A stretch of DNA of 62,123 nucleotides, the filler included. It is 9 parts of 9 records of this genome, joined end to end, with 100 filler letters (N's around TTAATTAATTAA, not from the genome) between each part and the next. Parts side by side here need not be neighbours in the genome. Positions count along the whole stretch, not along the records: positions 1 to 6,399 come from SRR31147125_97988; positions 6,500 to 15,978 come from SRR31147125_98008; 7 more parts are not named here. The stretch is one strand, 5' to 3'. Made by a program: the position numbers and the translations under genes. Positions within the stretch are counted from its first letter, which is position 1. The number at the start of each line of letters is the position of its first letter. This document shows positions 1 to 10,689 of the stretch, one piece after another. The notes beneath the pieces are model-generated. The model was not told the DNA's origin. It ran no database searches and saw nothing but the letters and a program-made list of their open reading frames with translations.

Positions 1-185
1 TTTTTCTTCTTATAATCTGTCTCGTAAAAACCACTTCCTTTGAAAATGATACCTGAACCCATACCGATTTCGCGACGAACGCGCCCACCACAACGTGGGC
101 ATTTTTCAAGCGGTTTTTCGGTTATTTGTTGAAAGTGATCGAATTTGTATTCACATAACAAACAATAATAGCCATATGTGGGCAT
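1..185 (-). CDS. FmdB-family zinc-ribbon protein (3' end truncated by window edge)
   Basis: Not in the ORF track. Manual translation from ATG at 185: MPTYGYYCLLCEYKFDHFQQITEKPLEKCPRCGGRVRREIGMGSGIIFKGSGFYETDYKKK, with CxxC...CPxCG and the FKGSGFY.TDY tail typical of the family. Confidence 0.9.
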   Translation of the reverse strand, partial: MPTYGYYCLLCEYKFDHFQQITEKPLEKCPRCGGRVRREIGMGSGIIFKGSGFYETDYKKK

Positions 186-445
186 GTTATTTCCTGTGTG
201 TTTAAATTTGTCGGATTTGTTTCTTGTTTGGTAGCCAGAGTATTATTTTGGAAAAACTGAAAACTCTGTTTTGAGGTTTGGGAGTTGTACTATACATTTT
301 TAAGTGAGAGTGTTGGTTGTTATAAGGTGGGTAAAAATCTTGTCATTTTCGTAATAAAGTCAAGTCACGCGCATGCATACCCAGATTTAATTAACCATTA
401 TAATATAGTTACTGCTTTTAATAATCACTTAAGGGTTGCATATTA

Positions 446-868
446 TTAATATAGTATTTCTGATGTTATGTTACTTTTTTCCAGGATTCTCGATACGCAT
501 TGCGTGACTTGATCTGGGTCAAAAGGTTTTATGAGAAACTCGACACATCCTTTGCTTTCCAGTTTCCTTCGTGTTTCCGCATCACAGTAGGCACTTATTA
601 CAATGAAGGGGAGGGGTATTTTTTGATCGTAGAGTTCATCTAATAAGTGCAATCCAGCAAATTCAGCCATTTCCATGTCGACGATAAGTAAATCGATAGG
701 ATGTGACGAGGACCTCATATTTATAATTTGTTCCAGCGCTTTCTGACCGTCCGTTGCTACCAATACCTGATGGCCGGAATTTTCGAGTACAAAAAATAGC
801 GTCGCTAAAGTGTGTACTTCGTCTTCAGCAATGAGTATTCGGGTTTTTATTGTTTCTTCTGGTTCCAT
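446..868 (-). CDS. Single-domain response regulator (receiver domain)
   Basis: ILIAEDE...DLLIVDMEM...VISAY...FLIKPF receiver motifs; GGAG RBS upstream. Confidence 0.9.
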   Translation of the reverse strand: MEPEETIKTRILIAEDEVHTLATLFFVLENSGHQVLVATDGQKALEQIINMRSSSHPIDLLIVDMEMAEFAGLHLLDELYDQKIPLPFIVISAYCDAETRRKLESKGCVEFLIKPFDPDQVTQCVSRILEKSNITSEILY

Positions 869-919
869 TTACCATCTCCATATCGGACGACGCTATTTAA
901 TGTATTCAATTCGAAGAGT

Positions 920-936
920 TTCAACTATTGTGCCAA
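920..936 (-). promoter_or_regulatory. Sigma-54 (-24/-12) promoter for the receiver-only gene
   Basis: Minus strand TTGGCACAATAGTTGAA matches TGGCAC-N5-TTG(C/A), about 50 nt upstream of the ATG at 868 and next to a sigma-54 activator gene. Confidence 0.7.
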
Positions 937-1182
937 TTTAAATAGATTTAACGTGTATTCTATATAAAACTGGTGAAAATGGTGTTGTTATGGATTCCAC
1001 TATGGATTTGATTTTCTTTTGTCGGTGTAACTGTTAAAATATTAATGAGATATGTGTCGGGGAGATATGCTTATTTCTCTGGATGGCTTTTTGATGCGGC
1101 ATAAATAAAAGATTTTTTTGTAGATTTACATGAAAAAGGTCAATGGTACGATGTTTTCGGACGTAAAGACGTCAGTCAATGC

Positions 1183-1229
1183 TGTAACATTTTTTTACAA
1201 TGTAAAAATGAACGCAACAAAATGTTGCA
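1183..1229. promoter_or_regulatory. Pair of 17-bp palindromes, candidate enhancer (UAS) for the NtrC-family activator
   Basis: TGTAACATTTTTTTACA (1183-1199) and CGCAACAAAATGTTGCA (1213-1229), 30 bp apart, about 250-290 bp upstream of the sigma-54 promoter. Confidence 0.5.
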
Positions 1230-1248
1230 CACGCAGATATTGTGACCA

Positions 1249-2679
1249 TTATGTTTTAGGGGATTTTAAATGGAGCTTTCGGTAGAGTGTTTGACGGGTG
1301 ATACCCAGCATGGTTGCTGCAAGCGTCTGATTGCCATTTGTTCTCTTTAAAACTTCCTTGATAAGCAGCTCTTCAGATTGTTCAAGAGAGGGAAGGTGAT
1401 CCAGGGAAGCATAAATGGATTCAGTAGAGGCGTGATTTTTTTGAACGGGGCCTTCTGTTAAAGTGGTTATGGGTTGATAAAGTTGTTTAAAACTGTCCAT
1501 AGACCATTTACCGGATTTATATCGACTTGCGGCATCGAAAATCAGCGCTTTAAGTTCTCTGATGTTTCCCGGAAAATGATAACTGGATAACAACATATAA
1601 AGTTCCTGTGGTGGTTTTTGAGTTGATTTATTCAATTCGTGTGTAGCTTCTTTTAGAAAGAACTCGACTAAAAGGGGAATGTCGTCTCTTCGTTCACGAA
1701 GAGGAGGTAATTCTATATGGTGAGAAAGAAGACGATAATATAAATCCGCTCTGAAATTACCAGAGTTTTGCAAGGACTTTAGGTCACGGTTCGTTGCGAC
1801 AATGATCCTGGCGTTGGATGATTTTATGGTATCCGATCCTATTTGATAATATTCGCGTTCCTGAAGAAGGCGCAGGAGTTTTACCTGGGAAGACATGGTT
1901 AAATCTCCAATTTCGTCAAGAAAAAGAGTGCCATTATCTGCTTTTTCGATTAAACCAGATCGTACCTGATCCGCACCGGTAAAGGCGCCTTTTTTATGTC
2001 CGAATAGAGTATCCGCGAACATGTTATCATCCAATCCAGCCACATTTACAGTAACGAGTTGGCCGTCGCGTCCACAAAGCATGTGAATCGCCTTAGCAAT
2101 CAATTCTTTACCAGAACCTGTTTCACCTGTAATCAGAACCGGTTGAGAAGTGCGGGCTATGGATTCGATGTATTGAAAGATAGCGTGCATTTTTTCATTG
2201 TTTGTTATAATGTCAGCAAAGGCCTCAGGATAACTGAGCTTTTTATCCAGGACACTTTGTTTAAGTAGATCGTTTTCAAGGCGCAGTTCCCTGAATTCCA
2301 GTGCTCTTTTAACAGTGGTTGTTAAACGGGTTTGATTTACGGGTTTGATAATATAATCATATGCCCCAGCCCGCATACATCGTACAGCTGTTTCTACATC
2401 ATCAATAGCTGTAATAATGATAATCGGGATTTGCGGATATTTATTATTCACAATAGATAGAACCTCTTCACCTGATATTTCGGGCATACGTAAATCCAGT
2501 AAAATTATGGATACTTTTTGATGTGATAGCAAAGCTAATGCTTCGCGAGCGCTTTGACAGCTAATGATATTACTTATTCCATCTCCGAGTAGTTGCATTT
2601 CATACGATTGTAATGCATGAACTTCATCATCAACGAGTAACACCGGAAGAGAATTCTGTGAGAGTATCGTGGTTTCCAT
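1249..2679 (-). CDS. Sigma-54-dependent response regulator (NtrC/AtoC/ZraR family)
   Basis: Receiver domain, GETGSGKE Walker A, GAFTGA loop, LFLDEIG, FPGNIREL and a C-terminal Fis HTH. Confidence 0.95.
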   Translation of the reverse strand: METTILSQNSLPVLLVDDEVHALQSYEMQLLGDGISNIISCQSAREALALLSHQKVSIILLDLRMPEISGEEVLSIVNNKYPQIPIIIITAIDDVETAVRCMRAGAYDYIIKPVNQTRLTTTVKRALEFRELRLENDLLKQSVLDKKLSYPEAFADIITNNEKMHAIFQYIESIARTSQPVLITGETGSGKELIAKAIHMLCGRDGQLVTVNVAGLDDNMFADTLFGHKKGAFTGADQVRSGLIEKADNGTLFLDEIGDLTMSSQVKLLRLLQEREYYQIGSDTIKSSNARIIVATNRDLKSLQNSGNFRADLYYRLLSHHIELPPLRERRDDIPLLVEFFLKEATHELNKSTQKPPQELYMLLSSYHFPGNIRELKALIFDAASRYKSGKWSMDSFKQLYQPITTLTEGPVQKNHASTESIYASLDHLPSLEQSEELLIKEVLKRTNGNQTLAATMLGITRQTLYRKLHLKSPKT

Positions 2680-2707
2680 ATTTCCTCTAATAATAAGTGT
2701 GGCTGGA

Positions 2708-4143
2708 TTAAAAGGTTAAATCACGATATGTGAGTTTTTTTTTAGTGACCGGTAAAATTACTTTTGCTGTGGTTCCTTTACCAAAGTTTGAGAAAAATTG
2801 TAATTTACCTGCATGTTCTTCAATAATCCGCATGCTGATGGCCAGTCCCAATCCTGTGCCGCCTGTAGTACGTTTTGTTGTAAAAAAAGGATCGGTTATT
2901 CGTTGCATAACATCCTGGTGTATTCCACTGCCTTCATCTTTTACTTCGACAATGATTTGATTGTTTTTTTCGTCGAAAAAAGAGGTGACTATAACAGCTT
3001 TATTTGGATTCGACAGGGATTCATAGGCATTTTGGATGAGATTTATTATGACTTGTTCAAGTTTTTGGCTACTTGCTTTAATCGTTGGAATAGATTTATC
3101 ATAATGAACATGAAAATTTTTTGTGTATTTTTCAAGAGGATTTTTCAATAATGTTATGGCATTGTTAATTTCTTTGTTTATATCCACATCCTGGTTCATT
3201 TCTGCAGGATCCGGGCGCGCATAATCTTTTAATCGGGCAACAATACCTTTAATTCGCTCTGCACCTTCATCAACACCATCAAAAAGTAAATCTACTTTAT
3301 CACGTAAAACCGAATAATTGAACCTGCCGATCCGAAAGTCACCTTTATTTTTATAATATTCTTCAAGAATAGGTTTGGCACCGGCCCATGCTTCTCTCAG
3401 TAATGGCGTGTTCAATGTGATAAAATTAGTCGGATTGTTAATTTCGTGAGCCACACCGGAAACAAGCGTTCCCAAAGTAATCATTTTGTCAGCCTGGAAC
3501 ATTTTTTCGTGTTGTAAGCGTTCTCTTTCTTCAGCATTTTTCCTTTCCGTTACATCGCTGTTACTTGCTCTTACACCTAAATAACGTCCATCACTATCAT
3601 AAACACCTTGACACACGTGAGCAATCCATCGTTTTTTTCCCGCCCTGGTTATAATTTGATACTCTTTAGAGTAATATTCTTTGGAGTAATATTCTTTATA
3701 ACTGGATTCATTCCGAAAGTGCTCAAAAACTTTTGCTTTATCCTCAGGATGAATTATGTTTTCCAGTAAAACAGGGTTTGCCATAAATTGTTCAGGCGTG
3801 TAGCCGGTAATTCTTTCGCATGATGGAGATATGTAAACAAAATTTTTTCCGGATCAAGCCAATATTCCCAGTCATAGGCAAAATCGGCAATTGTACGATA
3901 ACGTGCTTTCTCTTGTTGTTGTTGTTTGGCTGTCCGTTTTGTTTCAAAGTACAATAAAAGAGCGGTTATGATGACAAATGCCAGGCCCTTAAAGGATTGC
4001 AATTTATTAAGTGAGTCAGGATTACTGACGATTTTGGCCAGAGCATAATCAGAAAGCATAATCCAGGCGCCTGCAAAGATGGCATAAAGAAAAACAATCC
4101 GGTAGTGAGAGGGTAAGCGTGTATAAAGTCCCGACTTTTTCAT
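2708..4143 (-). CDS. Membrane PAS-domain sensor histidine kinase (one frameshift at an A-run near 3845)
   Basis: ORFs 3754-4143 and 2708-3784 join if one A is added, giving WEYWLDPEKNFVYISPSCERITGY (PAS). H-box AHEINNP and N/G1/F/G2 boxes present. Confidence 0.9.
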
Positions 4144-4528
4144 TGATTGGTTCTCACATTGATTCGCAGTTGTGTTCTCATGTCAAGATAGCCATTTATT
4201 TCACTTTTAATTATTTTTGCAGACCGAACCGGTAAGTTTAACATAAACTGGATATTTTATTTTATCAAGGTAACAATAGAAGAGGCTGAATCGCAAGTCA
4301 TTTTTAATAGTAAGATACGTTGATGAATCCTAACGGTTGCAATGGACAGGGGTGTTGTAAATAATTACCTTGTGTCCACTGTATCATTACTATTTATACA
4401 GAAATGTCTCTGTACTTTGACTTGTGATGCAGCCTCAGATTATCTGAATATTAAAATATAACATTCAGAGTTTTGTTTTTGTTCACGTTTTACATATTAT
4501 CTATACCTAATTGGCGATATATTTTCCT

Positions 4529-5917
4529 TTATGGCGTCGTCAATGCTTTGTGAATGTTCAGACGTCCTTCACTGACACATTTTCCGGTAAAGGCGGGTAA
4601 AGGATCCACTGTGTCCATTAATTTTTGTTTGATTTGTAAATGTGTCATTTGTGGAAATTGAGCCAGCAACAGGCCTGCCGCACCGGCAACATGCGGTGTA
4701 GCCATGGATGTTCCGGAAAAACTGTCATATGAATTGATTATGGTGCTATAGATGTCTTTGCCAGGTGCTGCCAAATCTACAGTGGTGGCACCATAATTCG
4801 ATCCGGGTGCTGATGTAGCACCACCATTACAGGACAGGCCACAGCCACCGTTGCCATTACCATTGCTGCCATCATCGCCTTCACCGCTCCAGATGGCGCG
4901 ATAGTCCTTATGATCGGACGCTGCGACTGCGAGAACATTGGGCACATCGTAATTGGCAGGATAGGTCGGTCTGCTATCATTGTTTGTACCTTCATTACCT
5001 GCCGCAGCCACAAAAAGAACACCTGCCTGATTAGCGACTTTTATCGCGTCTTCCAGCGCTTGCGATTTTCCGCCTCCACCCCAGCTATTATTCAAAATAT
5101 TGGCGTTCATTTGCGCGGCATAAAGTATGGCATCAATGGCATCAGAGCTGCTACCACTTCCTGATGCGTTCAAAAACTTGAGCGGCATAATTTTGACATT
5201 CCAATTGACTCCAACAACCCCTTTGGTGTTGTTTCCGGTACCACCGATTGTGCCGGCAGTGTGAGTGCCATGGCTGTGATCATCCAGGGGATTGTTGCTA
5301 TTGGAGATAAAATTCCATCCTTTCCAGTCATCTATTTTACCGTTACCATCATCATCGACACCGTTTCCAGTGGTTGGATCAAGCGGATCTGACCAGGCAT
5401 CTTCACCCGGATTTGTCCAGATATTCGCCTGTAAATCCTCATGTTTAAAATCGACACCTGTATCAATGATGCCAATAATGACTGAATTGCTTCCCGTCTG
5501 TATTTCCCAGGCTTCAGGTGCGTCAATATCTGCATCGTTGGTGCCGCCGGTTTGTCCGGTATTATGTAACCCCCACAGTTTATTAAAATGCGGGTCGTCA
5601 GCAACAAGAAAAGTACGGTAGATGTAATTGGGTTCAGCATATTCCACACTTGCAGAAGCGGCAAGTCTTTCCACGCCATCCTGAACAGTCATTTGTTGGG
5701 GCAGTCTCATTTTGCGAACACCAATTTCAGAGTAGACCTCAACGGTCTGGACTCCAACATCAGCGATGAGGGCATCCATAGACTGAACAGAAATGGTGGG
5801 TGTAAATTTTACCAAAATTTCGCCTTCCACAAATTCCGGTTCAACTTGCTGGTTTATTTGCGCGCTCAAAGCAAAAAACAGAAACACAGACGCAAAAATG
5901 ACCACAATTTTCTTCAT
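4529..5917 (-). CDS. Secreted S8 subtilisin-family serine peptidase
   Basis: Signal peptide, propeptide ending VEYAEPNY, catalytic IIDTG / HGTH / GTSMATPHV; GAGGAGG RBS. Confidence 0.95.
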   Translation of the reverse strand: MKKIVVIFASVFLFFALSAQINQQVEPEFVEGEILVKFTPTISVQSMDALIADVGVQTVEVYSEIGVRKMRLPQQMTVQDGVERLAASASVEYAEPNYIYRTFLVADDPHFNKLWGLHNTGQTGGTNDADIDAPEAWEIQTGSNSVIIGIIDTGVDFKHEDLQANIWTNPGEDAWSDPLDPTTGNGVDDDGNGKIDDWKGWNFISNSNNPLDDHSHGTHTAGTIGGTGNNTKGVVGVNWNVKIMPLKFLNASGSGSSSDAIDAILYAAQMNANILNNSWGGGGKSQALEDAIKVANQAGVLFVAAAGNEGTNNDSRPTYPANYDVPNVLAVAASDHKDYRAIWSGEGDDGSNGNGNGGCGLSCNGGATSAPGSNYGATTVDLAAPGKDIYSTIINSYDSFSGTSMATPHVAGAAGLLLAQFPQMTHLQIKQKLMDTVDPLPAFTGKCVSEGRLNIHKALTTP

Positions 5918-6110
5918 CTTGCACCTCCTCTTACAAAAATTAATTTGTTAAACCCTTTAAGACTGGTCTTTATAAAATCTCCTTTCTTTCGGTTACCAGT
6001 CATAAATTCCCGTTAAAGAAAAATGAAAAGGATTATTAGTTGATACGTTCTCTTTGATTTCCTGTTTACTAGCCTGGTTATTCACCCGGGAATTGGCAAA
6101 TGGTGGTATC

Positions 6111-6399
6111 TCATTTATTCTTATTAAAGGTTCTAACCTGATAATCCGGTTCGGCATATTCCACATGCGGATTATTACGGCATTTAATAATAACCTTTTG
6201 CAAGCTGGATTTCGGGTCTATCTGGTAAACTTTTATGTTCATTTTCGGAATTTCTTTCATCTTTTTCAGTTTTAATTCTTTGGCAAGGCTATCCATCGCC
6301 TCCTGAGTGGTAGCTTCTTTATATCTTATGATAATTTGATCTGTCTCCAGAGTCTGAACCTGCTGCTGCGGTTTTTGACAATACCATGCACAAAAAAAA
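6111..6399 (-). CDS. Stand-alone subtilase propeptide-like (I9/fervidolysin N-pro-like) protein, 5' truncated
   Basis: Frame is open to the contig edge: FFCAWYCQKPQQQVQTLETDQIIIRYKEATTQEAMDSLAKEL...NPHVEYAEPDYQVRTFNKNK*. Aligns by eye with the propeptide of the adjacent S8 protease. Confidence 0.75.
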
Positions 6400-6499
6400 N
6401 NNNNNNNNNNNNNNNNNNNNNNNNNNNNNNNNNNNNNNNNNNNTTAATTAATTAANNNNNNNNNNNNNNNNNNNNNNNNNNNNNNNNNNNNNNNNNNNN
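6400..6499. other. Artificial contig linker
   Basis: N44-TTAATTAATTAA-N44. Confidence 0.98.
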
Positions 6500-9233
6500 A
6501 AAAAAGGGGGAAGCCACCAAGGGGGTACGAAAGTATCAAACCTTTTTCGATAACCACATCAAACAGAAACTGGAACGGATAAAAGGGGTCTCTTCCCTTA
6601 TAATTATGGGCGGTACCAAAAAGGAACTGCATATCGTATTGGACCTTGAAAAAATGGCCCGGTACAACATCTCCATTGCCGATGTGAAAAACAAGATTAC
6701 AGCCGCCAATCAGAACCGATCCGCCGGTTTGCTTGGCATTGGTCAGAAAAATTATCGACTGAGAATCCTCAGCCAGTTTCAAATCCCGGAAGATCCCCTG
6801 GAGGTTGTCGTTTTTGACGACGGCATCAACCGGATTCGCCTAAAGGATATCGCCGATTCGGACACGGGCTATGAAAAGGAAGATGTCGCCGTCATGCAGA
6901 ATGCTTCCGAGGCGATCGTCATCGGTGTGCTCAAGGAACACGGAACCAACGTCCTTGAACTGCTTGCCGAGATGCGGACCCTGGTGAACGGGCTGAATGA
7001 AACCATCCTTGCCGAACACGGCCTTTATCTGGACTGGGGCTATGACCAGTCCTCATATATCAATACGGCCCTGTCCATCGTTAAAAAAAATTTTCTGATC
7101 GGTGCGGTTCTGGCCATCGGGGTCTTATTACTTTTTTTGAGAAGTCTCAGCGCCACAATTACCACGGCCATTGCCATTCCCATTTCCGTACTGGGGACAT
7201 TTCTAGTGCTGTGGATCTTCGGTCGCAACTTGAATGTGGTCAGTCTTGCAGGTATTTCCTTTGCCGTGGGTATGCTGGTGGACAATTCCATCGTGGTATT
7301 GGAAAATATCGACCGCCATAAAAAAATGGGGAAAAACAGCTTCAAGGCCTCCTGTGACGGTGCCGGGGAAGTCTTCGGGGCAATCACCGCTTCCACCCTC
7401 ACCACCGTGGCCGTGTTTCTGCCCATCATTTTCATCAAAGGGGAGGCCGGTCAGCTGTTCAGGGACATTGCCATTGCCATCACCGCCTCGATTTTGTTCA
7501 GTCTGTTCGTATCGGTTACCGTGATTCCGGTCATTATCAACGTGCTGCCCGCCCTTGGGAAAAACCGACAAAATATTCGTCATGGAAAAAATGGCGTACA
7601 ACAAATGGCGATGGCTCCGGCACGCGGCATTAAAGCACTCATTATGACGCTTTCAAACCGCTCTCTTAAAAACAGATGGAACAGCGGCGTTACCGTCGTC
7701 TTTTTCACCCTGTGCGCCGTTTTCATTACCATGGTACTGCTCCCAAAGGCCGAGTATCTGCCCCAGGGCAATCAAAACTATATCGTCAACCTTCTAATCC
7801 CGCCCCCCGGTTCATCCACGGCCCAGAAAAAGGAAATCGGAGATTTCATCTACAGGGAAACCGCTCCGTATTTTATTACGGATCACAAAGACGGGGTTCC
7901 CATGCTCAAATACCTCTGGTACGTGGCAACGGATAAACTCAACCTTTTCGGCGCCATCTCCATTCACGACGACGAGGGCCGGAAAATGATGCCTTTGTTC
8001 CGCAGAATCATGCAATCGATTCCGGATATGTTCGGCGTTTGTGTACAGGTGGGTATTTTCCAGCATCGAATAGGGTGCAGCAGGGCCGTGGACGTGAATA
8101 TCACGGGGGAGGAGATTCCCCATATTATTCATACCGGCCATCAGCTGTACCAATCCATCATGGCCGCGCTTCCCGGAGCGCAAATCCGACCGGTGCCGTC
8201 ACTTGAGGCGACCTATCCCGAAGCAAGAATTCTGCCGAACAAGCAACGGCTTGCGGCAAACGGTCTCACGGAAGAAAGCTTCGCCCTGTACGTGGATATC
8301 ATGATGGACGGATGCAAAATCGACGATTATGCCCCTGAAGGAAAACGGGAGATCGACCTCATTCTTAAAGGAAGCGACAATACCTTTAACAGTCCGGAAG
8401 CCTTGATGAACTGCCAAATCGTCAACTCCCACGGGCAACTCATCCGTATCAGGGATGTGGCGGATCTGGAATACACCAGCGGGCTTATCCAAATCGATCA
8501 CCTGGAAAGAAGTCGAACTGTTAGACTGGAGGTAAACCCACCCGATCATATCAGCCTCCAGGAGGCCTCCCAAATCATAAAAGATCAGGTCGTCACCCCC
8601 ATGGTGCAATCTCCTCCGTTTAAAGATGTGAACATAAGCGTCACGGGAAACGCCGGCAGACTGAGCGAAACCCGAACCGCCCTTCAATGGAATTTCATCA
8701 TCGCCTTGGTCATTACCTACCTTTTAATGGCGGCTTTGTTTGAAAATTTTCTCTACCCCTTCATCATCATGTTTACCATTCCTCTGGCAGGTGCCGGCGG
8801 ATTCATCGGACTGAAACTGGTAAGCACCTATATCGCACCCCAGGGATTCGATATTCTGACCATGCTCGGATTCATCATTCTTATCGGCACGGTGGTCAAC
8901 AACGCCATCCTCCTCGTGGATCGTTCCGTGAGCAATGTGCGGGAAAAAAAGCTGTCCGGAATCCCGGCCATCTCCGAAGCCGTTGAGACCCGGATCCGGC
9001 CCATCTTCATGAGTGCGGCCACAAGTATTTTCGGGCTGCTGCCCCTGGTTCTGTCCACCGGATCGGGAAGCGAACTGTACCGGGGAGTGGGCAGTGTCTT
9101 GCTGGGGGGGCTTTTTGTTTCAACCCTTTTCACACTGTTTGTCATCCCCGGCATTCTCTCTTTTTTCATTGGATTTGAAACCGGCAAAATCAAGGAGCCC
9201 CATCATGAAACAACTCTTTCACCTGTTGCGTAA
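6500..9233 (+). CDS. RND efflux permease (AcrB/AcrD/AcrF family), 5' truncated
   Basis: GMLVDNSIVVLENI, GTVVNNAILLVD and RIRPIFMS motifs; frame open from the contig edge. Confidence 0.95.
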
Positions 9234-10479
9234 TCTTACCAAACTTTTACCGGGACTGCTTCTGGCCGCTTCTTTGGCGCCGTCGCCGGTTTCTGCCGTC
9301 ACCCTGGATGAGCTGATGGACCTGTCAATGGCCAGGCGGGCTGTCGTGTCGGCTTACAAGGCAGCTTTGCAACAAAGCCGGCATGACATCAACCATGCCA
9401 GGGGCTTTTTTCTGCCGGAACTGGACACCGGCTATCAATTTAACGGCCTCGGCGAAAATGATATCACGCTGGAGGAGAAAACAAACAACACATGCTATGC
9501 CACGACCCGGTTGAACCTTTTTGCAGGATTTAAGGACATCAACACCCTGGCCGCTGCCCGGAAAGCATATGCGATGAAGGATTTCGAGGTAAAAAGCATT
9601 CAGCAGGATATCAAACGGGATGTGGCGCTCTGTTTTCTGGAAGTCTATTATGCCAAGGGGCATTTAAAGGTAACCAGAGATGCCTTGAACCGATACCGGA
9701 AAGAGTACGAAAATATGGAGTTAAAAAATCGTATCGGAATCGCCAAAAAAAACGATCTGCTGAAAATTAAGGTGGAAATGGACAATGCCCTTCAAACGGT
9801 TGAAACGGCGGAAACCGCCTTTTCCCAATCCCTCAATACCCTCAACATGAAAACTGCGACAAAAATAACGCCAACCGATCTTGACTTCAATTGTTTTAAC
9901 GCGATCCCCGACCTGTTCGACAAGGAAGCGTACTGGAAGACGCTTCTCAAAGAGAACAGCGAAATAAATTGGCTGATCGCACAAATCGCCCGCCATCGGA
10001 TCAACGAAAAAATATCCCGATCCGCTTTTTATCCCACGGTTGACCTTACAGGCGGTTACAAATTCCATGATGCCTGTCCGGACGGCTCAGGGGATGAAAC
10101 GCGGATTCAACTGGACGTTTCTATGAATATTTTTGACGGATTCAGAAAAAATGAAACCCTGGAAAAGGCACGGCTGGATATCCGAAAAAGTACTTTGGAA
10201 CTGAATGAGTTAAAATCACAATTGCGAACCCGCCTTGAGAATTACCTTCTGGACTTTGACGTATCGGTAAAAAACATGGGCGTAGCACGAAACAGCTTGG
10301 CGGAAGCGCAGGAACATTTTCGCATCACCGAACTCTCTTTTGACAAAGGGATTTTGACCGCCACGGATATGTTGGACTCGATTTACTATCTTTCCAGGGC
10401 AAAATTCAATCTGTTGGATGCCAAGGTGCAGGTTTTTCGAAACCATTTCAACATCTCCAGATTAATTGAACGCCTGTAA
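9205..10479 (+). CDS. TolC-family outer membrane efflux protein
   Basis: AGGAG RBS before the ATG at 9205; signal peptide; FLPELD...LNLFAGF and FYPTVDL...MNIFDGF OEP repeats. Confidence 0.9.
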   Translation: MKQLFHLLRNLTKLLPGLLLAASLAPSPVSAVTLDELMDLSMARRAVVSAYKAALQQSRHDINHARGFFLPELDTGYQFNGLGENDITLEEKTNNTCYATTRLNLFAGFKDINTLAAARKAYAMKDFEVKSIQQDIKRDVALCFLEVYYAKGHLKVTRDALNRYRKEYENMELKNRIGIAKKNDLLKIKVEMDNALQTVETAETAFSQSLNTLNMKTATKITPTDLDFNCFNAIPDLFDKEAYWKTLLKENSEINWLIAQIARHRINEKISRSAFYPTVDLTGGYKFHDACPDGSGDETRIQLDVSMNIFDGFRKNETLEKARLDIRKSTLELNELKSQLRTRLENYLLDFDVSVKNMGVARNSLAEAQEHFRITELSFDKGILTATDMLDSIYYLSRAKFNLLDAKVQVFRNHFNISRLIERL

Positions 10480-10484
10480 CTCAT

Positions 10485-10653
10485 TAACTGCCTTGGGCAG
10501 ACCCAATTTCGTCATTGGCCTGCCCGCAACAAAGCATGAAAGGGTGTTAGGCGTGCCTGCCCTTTCATATAACCGCCACGGGCGGCTCAATTTTTATCAT
10601 TGGGCCGCCTCCGACAAAGCTGAATAGACTGTTAGGCATGCCTGCTCTTTCAT
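10485..10653. repeat. Two tandem 84-nt degenerate repeats, each with two hairpins
   Basis: Units 10485-10568 and 10570-10653 share ...CAATTT..TCATTGG.C.GCC..C.ACAAAGC..TGTTAGGC.TGCCTGC.CTTTCAT. Confidence 0.85.
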
Positions 10654-10689
10654 TGAAAACAGCAAGGTTGAAGGGAGGGTAATTTCATT

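Noticed and set aside
10485..10653. Tandem repeat as a CRISPR array or c-di-GMP-I riboswitch
   Set aside because: Only two long degenerate units with no spacers or cas genes; lacks the GNRA loop/receptor and GGCAAAC...GACGCAAAGC core
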